From the NCBI RefSeq assembly GCF_001194135.2, contig NC_068982.1, positions 30,760,593-30,812,009 on the forward strand: a stretch of 51,417 nucleotides of DNA, given 5' to 3'. How positions within the stretch are numbered: the stretch's first letter is position 1; every line of letters begins with the position of its first letter. A model generated the notes under the pieces. The model was given only the letters and a program-made list of their open reading frames with translations, was not told where the DNA came from and did not search any database. Origin of the DNA: Octopus bimaculoides. Lineage: Eukaryota. A program made the position numbers and the translations under genes. Below are positions 10,921 through 22,901 of the stretch, in pieces.

Positions 10921-11978
10921 CACGACAGTTTCAAGATCCATCTTTAATAAGATAATTTTCTTCTTTCAACCTTCTCCCCAAGTAATTATTTCTGTTGTAA
11001 ACGTTAACTATGTTCTAATTTAAACGAAATATTGCAGCTCTTCTCTTTTGACAAATCATTACTACATAATTCATACACATAATATAACAAACTGTACATA
11101 ATGCATATTAAAATTGTTTATTGATAAACAATGTTAAAGATAATTATTTCTCTTGTTAATTATTCAATATTTTAGCATAACATAGCTACAGTATCTTCAT
11201 TATCGTTCCTCTTACAGAGATCTGTAAAATTAATGCTGCAGCTGATGTTATGGATGGGGTTTAGCTCCGGATCCACCTTTAATAAGCAGACATATAATCA
11301 TAAAATTGTCGGACTCGAAGGCCCTATCTTTTATCCGGACATCGTCGAAGAAGGCATTCGGCACTCTAGGTCCTGTAATGAGGGCCACTCTTTGTCAGTT
11401 CCGCATTGTGCATTTCTTCTTCGAATTTTCTAAAACTTCATCTAGCCACCATCCTCTTACACCAGTTGAAAAATGCAGTCGAAAAATTAAAATAAAACTT
11501 CCGAACAAGAAATCTATAATTTTACGATTACGTAAATCAGGAAATAAATCTGTTATGTGACAAAATTTGAAATGTTTCACGCCAAAATATGTGACAACTC
11601 ATGGCTCACGCTTTTCTCCCCACTTTCACTTTCCTATTGTTCCACCGTAACTGTTATGATGTTAGTCTCACATACTCTATTTTTCTGTTTTCGCGTTGGT
11701 TGGCTACTTCAACATATGTTATCTACGTTGTTCAGAATTTATATAACTATCTCGTATTTTTAGAGTTAGAAAAATATTGCAACTCCAGTTATGCAATAAT
11801 AATTTGTCAGTTATAGAGTTGTTTAATAACATCATTGATAAAAAAATCTTAGGATTTTCAGTTCGATACTGTGGATTTTTATCCGTCTGTCACAAAGCTG
11901 CTGCTGCAACAACTATTACTACTGCTACTTGCTGTCACCACTGCTACTTGCTTTGTTATTATTACCGAGTCAAGTATT

Positions 11979-12147
11979 CTTTTCTACTCTAGGCACAAGA
12001 CCCGAAACTAGTACTTAATTTATCGACCCCGAAAAGAGGAAAGGCAAAGTCGACCTCGGCGGAATTTGAACTCAAAACGTAAAGACAGACGAACTACCGC
12101 TAAGCATTTCGGCCGGCGTACCAACGTTTCTACCAGCTCGCCGCCAT
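11979..12147 (-). mobile_element. SINE family A with internal deletion and ~17-bp TSD
   Basis: TTACCGAGTC(AA/GG)GTATT flanks both sides (11962 and 12148). Confidence 0.88.
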
Positions 12148-13110
12148 TTACCGAGTCGGGTATTAAGATCATTCGACAAGCAAGGAAACTTAGCTCGCTT
12201 TTCTAAAATGCAATTTGAGTGAAAAAAGGACAGAGAGAATTTGTTTGATGAGGCTATGAGTGGATGTTTTTTAATGGCAAAAAAGTTTGAATATATTTTG
12301 AAATTGTTCAAGCTAATGACTGGATGAATTTAGATTGATGGTAGTTTATTTTCTCTTACGAAATACTGAAATACGAGTGGTCACAACGTAGCCGAAAGTG
12401 GGTGCTTCGAGATTCAACCNNNNNNNNNNNNNNNNNNNNNNNNNNNNNNNNNNNNNNNNNNNNNNNNNNNNNNNNNNNNNNNNNNNNNNNNNNNNNNNNA
12501 AAGGAAAGAAAAGAAAAAGAAAAAAAAAACAGAATTATAATGTCAGTAATATCAAAAACAAGACCAGGTGATTGTAGAAACTCTAATAACTGGTCGCTTA
12601 ATAGAAACTATCTTGCCAGTTCCTTGTTACATTGTACCCAGAAAATACTGTTTAGGGAACCTTCATGGAGTATAGATCGTCTACAGAACAATTTCCAGGA
12701 AAAAGTTTACGACAGTTTCCAATTTCATATTTATAAATTCGTATTGCACTTACTTATTTCTTTTGTGTCTCGTTGCAGACTCTTTCCGAGTATACAAACA
12801 AAAATTTGGCTGCTATTTCTAGAAGGTCGAGCTACTGCATAAAAAGTCCCTTGCTGTCTTTTAATAATATTTCTTTAGCATATGCCAATACGAAAAACTA
12901 TTAATATTCAGTTGAAGGTTGTATTCATTAGCCCTTTCAGTTGCATACATATCTTTGTGGTTGCTGCACTATGATGTTCAACTTGAACGTTTGTTGGTTG
13001 GCCCTTTAATTAAAGGATCATAAAGGGCAAATCAAATGATGTCCAACTTTAACGTCAGTCAATTGGCTGACCCAGTTTTAAATGCTTCGTTTTTATCATT
13101 TAGTTAATGT

Positions 13111-13330
13111 AAGGCGGCGAGCTGGCCGAATAGTTAACACGTCGGGCAAAATGCTTAGCGGTATTTCGTTCGTCTTTACGTTTTGATTTCAAATTCCGCC
13201 GAGGTCGACTTTGCCTTTCATCCTTTCGGGGTCGATAAATTAAGTGCCAGTTGAGCACTGGGGTCGATGTAATCGACCAGTCTCTTACCCCCAAATTTCA
13301 GGCCTTGTGCTTATAGTAGAAAGGATTATT
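13111..13330 (+). mobile_element. SINE family A, full length, tail type 1
   Basis: GGCGGCGAGCTGGCCGAATAGTTAAC head through CAGGCCTTGTGCTTATAGTAGAAAGGATTATT tail. Confidence 0.92.
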
Positions 13331-13923
13331 TAGCTGGTGTGTGTGTGTGGGGGGGGGGGGTAACACAAAATCCCTGTTTCGTCAGAGGATCGCTAATATA
13401 ACTCGTAAGGAGGAAGAAAATTATCTTCACTCCGGAAACTTGACCCGAATGCTAACAATGGGTTGCGATCAATTCAGGCAAGTGCTTAAGGACATGAATG
13501 GTCGGCCAAACTGACGAGTTACCAAATTTCTTAGGTCCTGTCTACGAAATTTCACTCATATAACTTTTGCCGATTAGGAGTAATGGAAGAAGGCGCTTGT
13601 GAAAAGTACATCGTATTAGGGCGAACTCGGTGTGCTTTTTAACATCACGGCAAACTTCTTAACACATTCTATCTCATAACTTAATTCAATAATGTTAAAT
13701 CATCTTTTTTAAAAACGATTTTGTATATCATCATTTGCACGATCATTTATATATTCTCACGCACTGAAAAAATTACTTAGGTGATAGTGTTTCCGATTTC
13801 AGAGGTTCTTTCAAGCTTTTTTTCTAACTTCCTTCACAGAACAATATCTGTGTAGTAAAAGTCGTTCTGTATATATACACACTCACACATATACAGGCAT
13901 ATATGTATATATACGTGTAAATG

Positions 13924-13924
13924 A

Positions 13925-13972
<48 letters not shown>

Positions 13973-14001
13973 GTCTATCTGTCTGTCTGTCTGTCTGTCT
14001 G
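13924..14001. repeat. (TCTA)n(TCTG)n microsatellite
   Basis: Directly visible. Confidence 0.95.
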
Positions 14002-14406
14002 TATATTTCATTGTTTAGTTTCAGACATAGGACTGCGGCTACGCTGAGGGTACCGCGTTAAAGTGTTTAGTCGAACGAATCAACAAATTCCAGTACTATG
14101 CATTCTTTATCTAAGTAAATGGGAGAAAGTTTTATTTGGAGGTGACCTGTATCGCCTTAATCACAACATTCTGAAAGGGAGTATGCACCATTTCATAGAT
14201 ATAGCAGTGTTGTATACTGCATCGTTGTGTCCAGTTGAATCCTGTCGCATGATGGCTTGCATATTTATTTTTAACACATTCCGGCAGATACGATCACTGT
14301 TGTGTTTCGTCACAGGAAAACAATTTCCTCTTTACTACGCACGACTTAAGACTAATCTTTGTTCATGACACACTCGATTCATTCGCTAAGGGGCTCTGGG
14401 ACATCT

Positions 14407-14787
14407 GGTGTTTCGACATCATTGTGTCGCATCAGCGAGAGGCAACAGAACTAATGAATCTAACAAGATATCAAAGCTTTTGTTTATAACTTCAGCAAAC
14501 TGTTTGCTGTTGCGTGCTGATATCTGCTGGAACACACATTTGTCGTTGTTTCCCTGTGACAAAACACAACAGGAGTTAACATATTCATTTCGAATCTGCT
14601 GGAATATATGTCATCGTTTTGATTCTCAATATTCGTTGTGTATATGACCATTTATTATCTGTTGGCAGATATCAGTAAGCGTCATCAATTACTTTGTTTG
14701 CTGAAGTTATAAAACAAGAGCATCCACTCTTGTTAGATTCTGATTAATTTGTCCGGGTGCTTCTGGCTGATGTACATTGTCGTACAC
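14407..14787. repeat. long imperfect inverted repeat (foldback element)
   Basis: Perfect complementary blocks of 13 bp (14456-68/14728-40), 18 bp (14483-500/14696-713) and 11 bp (14517-27/14665-75). Confidence 0.8.
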
Positions 14788-14943
14788 TACTAATTTTTTT
14801 CACACGCAGGCTTAGTATTTAAAGAAGGCGAATGTTTGTTCAATTTTGGGAGAGGGTCTGTCTCAATTGAAAACGTAGCTTTTTGGCATTATGTTAGAAA
14901 TTTGAGAGGAAATTTCGAAGCTTTACAGTAGGAATAAAAATCA

Positions 14944-15101
14944 TGAAGCCCGTTCAATGTGAGGCACCATCTCAAGCTGAACGAATATGATGAAGATTTT
15001 TTGAAAATTTCGTTGATATCGTTCCCGACTGTCATGTTAAAGTTTTCTCGTAGACAAGGCTATCTTTCACATCTAGCTTACAAAAATCATATAACTCTTT
15101 T

Positions 15102-15153
<52 letters not shown>

Positions 15154-15500
15154 TGATGATAATGATATTTTATGCTTGAACAAATCTATGTGAATGTTAA
15201 AAAAATCTAAAATATGAAATCATTCCTAAGATGTATTCTTTTCAACAAACTGTCACAAAGAAATTATTGATGACTTTCTAAAAACGTTTGAAGAGCTTGC
15301 AATGGATTGTAACTTCAAAGATGTTTCAGAAAGATAAAATAGAGAAACCTATAAGAAATAGCTTTATCAACCAGTAAGTCATCCTTCGACATAAGAAAAC
15401 GTTCATTAGCGAATATATCTCATTAGTTTTGTCTTTCTATGAAAACTGATCATACAAAATCCTTGAAAATGGGTGCAAGAGAGTATGCTAGAAGTATTCA
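14944..15500 (+). mobile_element. Gypsy-type LTR retrotransposon gag remnant, split by (TAA)n(TGA)n at ~15107-15165
   Basis: Across frameshifts: RFFENF, LEQIYV, QQ..EIIDDFLKTFEELAMDCNFKDVS, IRNSFIN, IRKRSLAN. These resemble the gag motif ES.DEFL..L..LAKDCNF..V....IRD.FI.GL...IRQRLLEN. Confidence 0.55.
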
Positions 15501-16098
15501 GCGTAGTCTTCTGTTAAGGCTGTCAAGTCAAATAAAGTAGAAGCTGATTACTTTACTAATTAAAGACATTGAACTTCTATTTCAAGAGATTCGGTAAGAA
15601 CAATATGATGTAATATAAATATAACAAAAAAAAAAAAAAGGAGAATTAAAAAGAAAGAGTCCTTATTCCCCTACTTATCTCAGTTATCAACTTGCATAAG
15701 TGAGTTTTTACACAATACCTTGACCTGATAGAAATATCAGCCAAATGTTAATCAAACTTCGATCTACTGGTTTAAGAAAACAAAGGATGTTTTTAATAAT
15801 GTAATCTTAGCTAAAGTATACCCCAAACAAAATATAGACGGCAGGCGGCGGACCCAAGGAAGGGAGTGGGGTTAGGGGCACCTTTCTAAATAATGTTATT
15901 ACGCCCTTTTCTCCTGGAATTGTATTTCATTCTGACCTTGTGCTCTCCCTTCGAAAAATTCATAGAACCGCGCCTGGACATATAAACCGTTCACCTTAAA
16001 TAGCGTCGTGGAAAGTACATCTTTTGCTGCTCGTACACACGAACATAAACAAATACACATGTATATACTCACACACACGTATATGTGTATGTTGTGAA

Positions 16099-16330
16099 GG
16101 TGCATAGCCTAGTAGATAGAGTGTTCGCCTTATGATCATAAGTTTGTGTGTTCAATTTCTGGAACGAGAACCGTGTTGTGTCTTTGGGTAAGGCACTTCA
16201 TTTCACGTTGCTTCAGTTTACTTAGTTGCAACAAGTACCAGCCTTGTGCTGGTGCAGTCGTCTCTCGCCCTCCAGCTGTCACACTCTAGACGTTACCTTC
16301 AGTCAAAAGTAAAAGGGATAAGAAAGCATC
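16099..16330 (+). mobile_element. degenerate tRNA-derived SINE family C (CORE-like)
   Basis: TAGCCTAGTAG..GTTCAATTTC head; TGTGTCTTTGGGTAAGGCACTTCATTTCACGTTGCT is shared with the copy at 46806. Confidence 0.6.
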
Positions 16331-17002
16331 CATGCCTATTCGCGACCACACAGACATGTTAAAACAAGTAGAGAAAACATGATAGACGCTCTTGAGTAAT
16401 ACTTAGTTGCGAGTGACGACTGGATGTAAATATATGAAAGTATGCACGTATATATCTATATATGCTCGTATATATGTATGTGTGTGTATGTGAGTGTATG
16501 TATATCTCTGTATGTGTGTGTTTGTCTGCATGTTTCTTGCAAATTATTTTACACAAATAAGCCAAGTACCATTTTTATGTTGTGACATAGCAACCGAACA
16601 GCAAAGTTAAGTGGAATGTGACAATAGATAGTGAAATCAAGAAGTGGAGTTTGATACTGTGATCATTTCGATAGCTATGCTGTTTTACTAAGAAACTCAA
16701 TTATATCACCAGGTTTCAACCAACGGTATATGTAGACGCTTTAAAAATTATATTTTATCTTTTTTCTTACATTCGTCTACAAGTGTATGTATGTATGTAT
16801 GTATGTATGTATGTATCTCTGTGTGTGTGTGTATGTGTATTCTCATCCAAGGTGGATGTAATTTCATGCATGATAGAGACGAGTACCAGCGTCCCATGTG
16901 GCAGGCTTGATAACTGCTGAAAAATCTTCTCTCAGCATGAAACCAACGATAGCCTTCTTAACCCACAAATAAGAAATACTTATCCACTGTTCAGTATTGG
17001 CG

Positions 17003-17034
<32 letters not shown>

Positions 17035-17445
17035 TGTATGTATGTATGTATGTATGTATGTATGTATGCATGCATGCATGTATGTATGTGTATGTATGCA
17101 TGCACACATAAATGTATGCATGCATGTATGTATGTATGTATGCATGCATGCATGTATGTGTGTGTATGTGTATGTATGTATGCATGTATGTATATATGTA
17201 TGTATGCATGCGTGTATGTACGCGTGCATGTATGTATATATGTATGTGCGTATCTATGCATGTATTTATGTATGTATATAGGTATGTATGCATGTATGTT
17301 TATATGTATGTATGCATGTATGTATTTATGTCTATATGTATGTATTTATGTCTGCATGAATGTATTTATGTATGTGTTTATGTATGTATTGTATGTATAT
17401 ATGTATGTCTGTATGTATGTATGTATGTATTTATGCGTGTATGTA
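17003..17445. repeat. compound (TATG)/(TGCA)n microsatellite
   Basis: Directly visible; source of the YIHT/MYVC ORFs. Confidence 0.95.
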
Positions 17446-20400
17446 TTTCGAATTAAAAGAAGCATCTGTCGCACGAACATAATGTATGCGTTGTGTTTAA
17501 ACACCAATCTGCTACGCAGTAGCGTTCTGGGAGAGCTCCATACACGGTGCCGAGTGCTAAAGAACACAGAATGTCTGAGAACAAGTGAGGCATCTCGCTT
17601 CATGGTGATTGAGAATGATAGATATCGATATTTCGCTATCATTTCAGCTTCTCAGCATTGTGCACTCAATACATCTCAAAACTGAATAAATCAGAGGTCT
17701 GGGCCATATCTGTAAATAGTGTCAAGTCTATTTGCTGATTTGCTGTGGTTTAGCACCTTCGTAATCTATCATTCTCGTTGACTTTGAGGTAAGTTGTCGC
17801 GCCTGGACAGTTTTCTTTAAAATTCGGTGTCATATAAAGAGCTTTGCCAGGACATTATCCCACAGAAAATTGGCATATGAACAAAACATAACATGTACCT
17901 GCGATCGATAATGTTTCAACGTTGAAAATTACATCTTTTGAAAATAATCTGGTGAAAATTTGAAATACTTCAAGTGGTTGGGTGAAATTTAGTAAGATCC
18001 CATATTGACCGAGAGTGTTACCTTGTTGGATGCGGGATAATTACATTACCTCACATTTAGGAGCTTATATCTCAAATATATAAGTATTATATTTAACGAG
18101 AAAAAACATTCATAGACATGTGTTCCGAAACCTACAACTTCTCTGTTCAGGTTATAAATTTACATTTGTATCTTTAATGACCGGCGTACTTGGTTATTTA
18201 AATGTTTATGTTAAAATCTCGAAAAGTCTTTTCAGGCAAATAAAGGATTGTTAAATATATATTCCACAAAGCCAATTGGTAAGAAGGTTAGTTGAAATAT
18301 ATAAACTTTTCTAACCTTTAGTATATAACCCCATAGTGTGGGGTTTAAACTCCAATGATGAGTCCTTTGGTCTAGAAACCAAAGTCTTCATAATAGGAAT
18401 TTAAAATAATAAATTCAAAAACAATGAAAATACATACATGAACATAGTAGTTCTTTGAACATAGAAGTTCTTGTCTACGGAGGTTACTAATTAAGTTTTT
18501 AATTGCTAGCATCTCTATTATTAATTCCAATAATATCAGTCTTGTTAAATAGCTGGTTAGTCTCTTGATCACACAGATTGAACAAACATTTTATCCACTA
18601 TTTGTTTCAAACTTGGATTTTCTATTCTGAAATTGTAATCACCAAAACCTTAACGGGTTATCTTCTTCGTCGAAAACACCAATGTACAAGACAGAAAAAA
18701 AAAATTCAAAGTTATCAATTAAGTCGAATGGAAATATTTCCCCGAGAGATAAATTTAATGTTTGAGGAACTCAACAAGATCGCAATTATAGATAATGCAG
18801 TACATACACTCAAACAATTACACAACTGAAATAACTATCAGGATAAAAATTTTAGAAAGCATCAAGCACAACATCCAATCCCATATACATAGCCAAATTA
18901 AATAAGAGTTAACAAATGATATTAACGGAACAGTAGAAAGCTGCAATGATTTGTATCTCCAAAAACATGTTATGAAATATTACGTGTAAAAATATACAGC
19001 GGCTAGTCACACCTCATTACATGCTGCAATAACAACGTCACGCTACATAACCATAATCCAGCAGCAGGCAAACTCCCTCATCAAACACTTTATCGACAAA
19101 ACCAAAAGAATACAGAAATATAAAGCGCAGATACGCACATTTGAGACTTTATGATGGGCTTTAGTTTTTCCTAGAGTATTAAAAAAAATGTATGAGGTAA
19201 ATCCAGAATCTCAGAAGTCGGAAAATACGCAGAGCACGTGGAAAGTGGTGTCCTCATCAAAATCTTCAGTTTGTCATACAACCCCCAAAAGACAAACAAG
19301 CAAAAAATAACACACAAAAAAAAAACTCCTGTGAAACTGGAAATAATAATATTAATGTTGAAACTTAAAAGCTCAACTGGAACACCGCTACAGGGAATTC
19401 ATCCTTCTCTGATACATAAACTAAACACTCCTAGGATGACTTGTATATTGTAAATCATTGCCAACATTGTGGACTTTCTTTATTAATGATAGTTAAATAA
19501 AGTCTACAGAACAGCCAGAGTTTTAGGAGCAAATCATTGTTCTCTTACAAATTGAATTAGGAATTACTTTTCAATTGTTTCTATTATTATTGTTGTGAAT
19601 GTTGTAATAGTCTGTGGAAACTGTATTATGTGAACGATCAGCATTTACTATTAGCAAGAGTCGAGACTGCTCCTGGTGGAAGCTGGTTTGTTGTCACACA
19701 TAATGTCATAATCATTATTTGACTAGGATATGTTATTTATCTTCACCTTCGAAATAGTCATACAATTTGTTTACAGCTTTTATATTTGGGAATAACATCG
19801 CACTCAGCAACTCTATGCTGCGTTCGATAAACATTGCTCGTTGATGCAAATATCTCATTTTGAAATAATTCAGTTATGTATGAAGTTCATACTATCTGAC
19901 TGGATTCTAGACGAGAGCTCACCCATTTATATAAACTAGATGGAAATAGCTAATTGCTATCAGAAATGTCTGAATCAATTCTGATTATTGACCACCTTTA
20001 ACTAAACCGAAACCAAGGAGACATATGCTTTAAATCGGTTAAGATAATATTTGAATGTCGCATGGAGCAAATAAGCATACATGAAACAGATAGTATTACG
20101 AGTTTGGAAAAGTGGTTTTCGAAAAGTATTTCAGAATTAAAGATCACGAATATACGCCAAAAGATACTGGACAGATTTATCTCCATAAAATATCAAGAGA
20201 AAAAGTTCCTATTTATCAGAACAATAAAATGTATGGTTATATTGCCAGAAAACGCAACACTGTTTTGAAAGTGATGTCGGAGTGTGTAGTATGATGATTA
20301 GTTAGAAGGCAGTATGGCATATCTGAAATATCAGCCGTACCTAGTTGATTAGTCGACTGCTTACATGCCATAAGTCTACTATGTTAAGACAACCAGAAAA

Positions 20401-20712
20401 GTCTTTGCTAGACTAGTGACAACTCTTTTCCTAATGCTTATGATTTTTCAGTCTTGAAGGAGTAATAATGAATAACTAAACTCAAATAAAATAGAAATTC
20501 AGTTAATATACCTAAGTGAGGTGTGACAATTAAGGAAAACTGTGTGTTGAAGATATGACTTCTTTCATCAATAGCAGTGACACTTTCGTAATTCTATTAC
20601 AAACAATAATATAGTAACCAAGTATTATGGAATTAATTCTTTGAAAAGATAATCCCCCCCCCCCAAAAAAAAAACAACAACATATAAGCAGTTGCAGTGA
20701 TGTAGATGCATA

Positions 20713-21033
20713 CGAATTCTGGAAAAAATGCCACAGGTAAAAATGCAACAGTAAACTACCCTGGTAACACTGTACCGCTTCAAAGCGCTAAAAATGATGA
20801 ATACGTTTCGGAGGTAGAGTGAATGTAAACTTGTAATTTCCTACGTATATTCCAATTGTGGAAAAATGTTAAACATGAACTTCGTATTTACCTGTCACAT
20901 TTTACTGTAACGTGGACTCTATTGTAACATGGACTTGTATTGTAACATTTGCATCAGTGATATTTTTACTGGGCGTTTGTACTGTGGCATTTTTCCTATG
21001 GCATTTTTTCCCTTGACATTTTCCCGGTCACCG
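20713..21033. mobile_element. Mutator-like MITE with 15-bp subterminal repeats
   Basis: Left end has GGAAAAAATGCCACA-type units; right end has inverted TGTGGCATTTTTCC units. Degenerate 11-bp TSD GTAGATGCATA / ATAGATACATG (8/11). Confidence 0.6.
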
Positions 21034-21049
21034 ATAGATACATGCAGTG

Positions 21050-21598
21050 ATGTATGTATGTATGTATGTATGCATGTTTGTAAGTACGTACGTATGTATA
21101 TATGTATGTATGCTTATTATTTGTATGTATGTATGCTTATTTGTATGTATGTATGTATGTATGTATTTATGTATGTATGTAAGCTATGTATGCATGTTTG
21201 TACGTACGTATGTATATATGTATGTAAGCTTATTATTTTTATGTATGTGTGCTTATTTGTATGTATGGATCATGTATGTATGTATGTATGTATCTATGTA
21301 TGTATGTATGTCTGTGTATGTACGTGTATATGTAAGCTATGTATGCATGTTTGTACGTACGTACGTATGTATATATGCATGTATGCTTATTATTTGTATG
21401 TATGTATGTGTGTGTGTATGTACGTGTATATGTGTGTATGTTTGTACGTAGGTAGGTAGGTACGTACGTACGTGTGTATATATGTATGTAAGTATGTATG
21501 TATTTACGTACGTATGAATGTATGTATATATGTCTGTACGTAAGCTATACAATGTACGTAAGTACGTATGTATGGATGTATGTATGTATGTGTGTGTA
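21050..21598. repeat. compound (TATG)/(TACG)n microsatellite with higher-order structure
   Basis: Directly visible. Confidence 0.92.
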
Positions 21599-22901
21599 AA
21601 GCGTATTAGTTCAATATTCCAATCACAATATTAATGAAATGCAAACGTAACAGACTGGAACAAAACACAGAAAATGTATCTTATGGAATTTGTCGACCAA
21701 GCGTTAAAAATCAATTAAATATAAAAAATCTAAAAGAAAACTCTTATGAAGCATAAATAAAAATTCTAAAAATTCTAAATTTGGACAATGGCTTCAAAAT
21801 TATTTGCTGTTATGGGGCATATGGTTGCGTAATTAATCAACTCGGAATCAATCTTAAGTAAACGGACTTCATGAAACCAGAAAGGCCACGATTATTTCGC
21901 CAAGTACAAGCATAATAAAAAGAAAGTTGCTAAAGCCTTGTAATTGTATAACACGTTTATTGAAAAGGGTTTAATTTATTTCTTCACTGATAGCTTCAAG
22001 AATGTTTGAATCATTTCACTAAATGAATGCATCTTCTAAAACCTACAGCAGTTACTGTCACTGAGAGGCTCACAAAATCTAATTTGTTATCATGGTTGTT
22101 GTAACTGAAAACATATCATCTCTGCTGGTATATATCTATGAGAAAGTATATTTCGATACGACAATATATGATTCTATTTATTTTACCACCAAACCCATTG
22201 TCATTTTACAAAATTCTGTAATAGATTTTAGAGGTCACAGTAGCAAAACGTTTTGTAATTTTAAACCATGAATGTCTTTGTTGACAAACTGATGATCCAT
22301 ACTAGGAATATTTACAACGTTGAGAAACGGTGAGATTTAATAACAACGTTTCCAGCTGATAAAGGGACGGAATTCGATCAATAAAAATATTTATACTTAG
22401 TAAGTTGCCGAGAATGAGAAAATTGTTTTCCAAACCGAAAAGATCAACATCAGTGATTTTCTCTATCCTTTCTTTCAAACAATGAATGTTATAGAAGTCT
22501 AGATACTGATGAACAGATATCGTACAGAAGTGCTGTCCAAAAGAATGTTTCATCAGGTTTAATAGATAAACATTGTTATTTTAGAACGTTTGGGACATTT
22601 GACATTTGCAAAGAAGAAAGCTGTTCACTCAAGTTTCTTACATCAGTTGGGAGCTTCAACAGATATGACAAACTTTATGATTGAAGTACATAGAGGAAAC
22701 TTGATATATTTTCAGATAGCTTAAACGTAGAATATGGTTTCAGACAGGCTTAGAATAATATGATTGAGAGAAAACCTTTTTGGGAAGCGTTCTTTTTCAC
22801 TAATATCCTATATTTGTGTTATTGAACCAAGTGTTTTTTTTATTACATATTTGTTGTGGTTAGTTGATCGCTGCTGCTGTTAGATTTGACTCCAATTTAA
22901 G

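Noticed and set aside
11218-11433. GC-richer stretch with a plausible acceptor (cttacag) and an open frame KIVGLEGPIFYPDIVEEG
   Set aside because: No homology recognised and a weak donor; needs RNA-seq or tBLASTn.
16864-17685. Long ORFs (up to 223 aa) of MYVC/YIHT repeats, and similar ORFs at 20929-21552, 34254-34927, 39946-40690 and 41192-41812
   Set aside because: These are translations of microsatellites and N runs, not genes.
18354-18390. ATGATGAGTCC-TTT-GGTCTAGAAAC-CAAA-GTC, hammerhead-like
   Set aside because: C3 is missing, there are extra bases before GAAA, and stem I does not pair.
22506-22556. CTGATGAACA..TGTTTCATCAG inverted repeat (snoRNA or ribozyme candidate)
   Set aside because: No D box or GAAA in the required position; short hairpin only.
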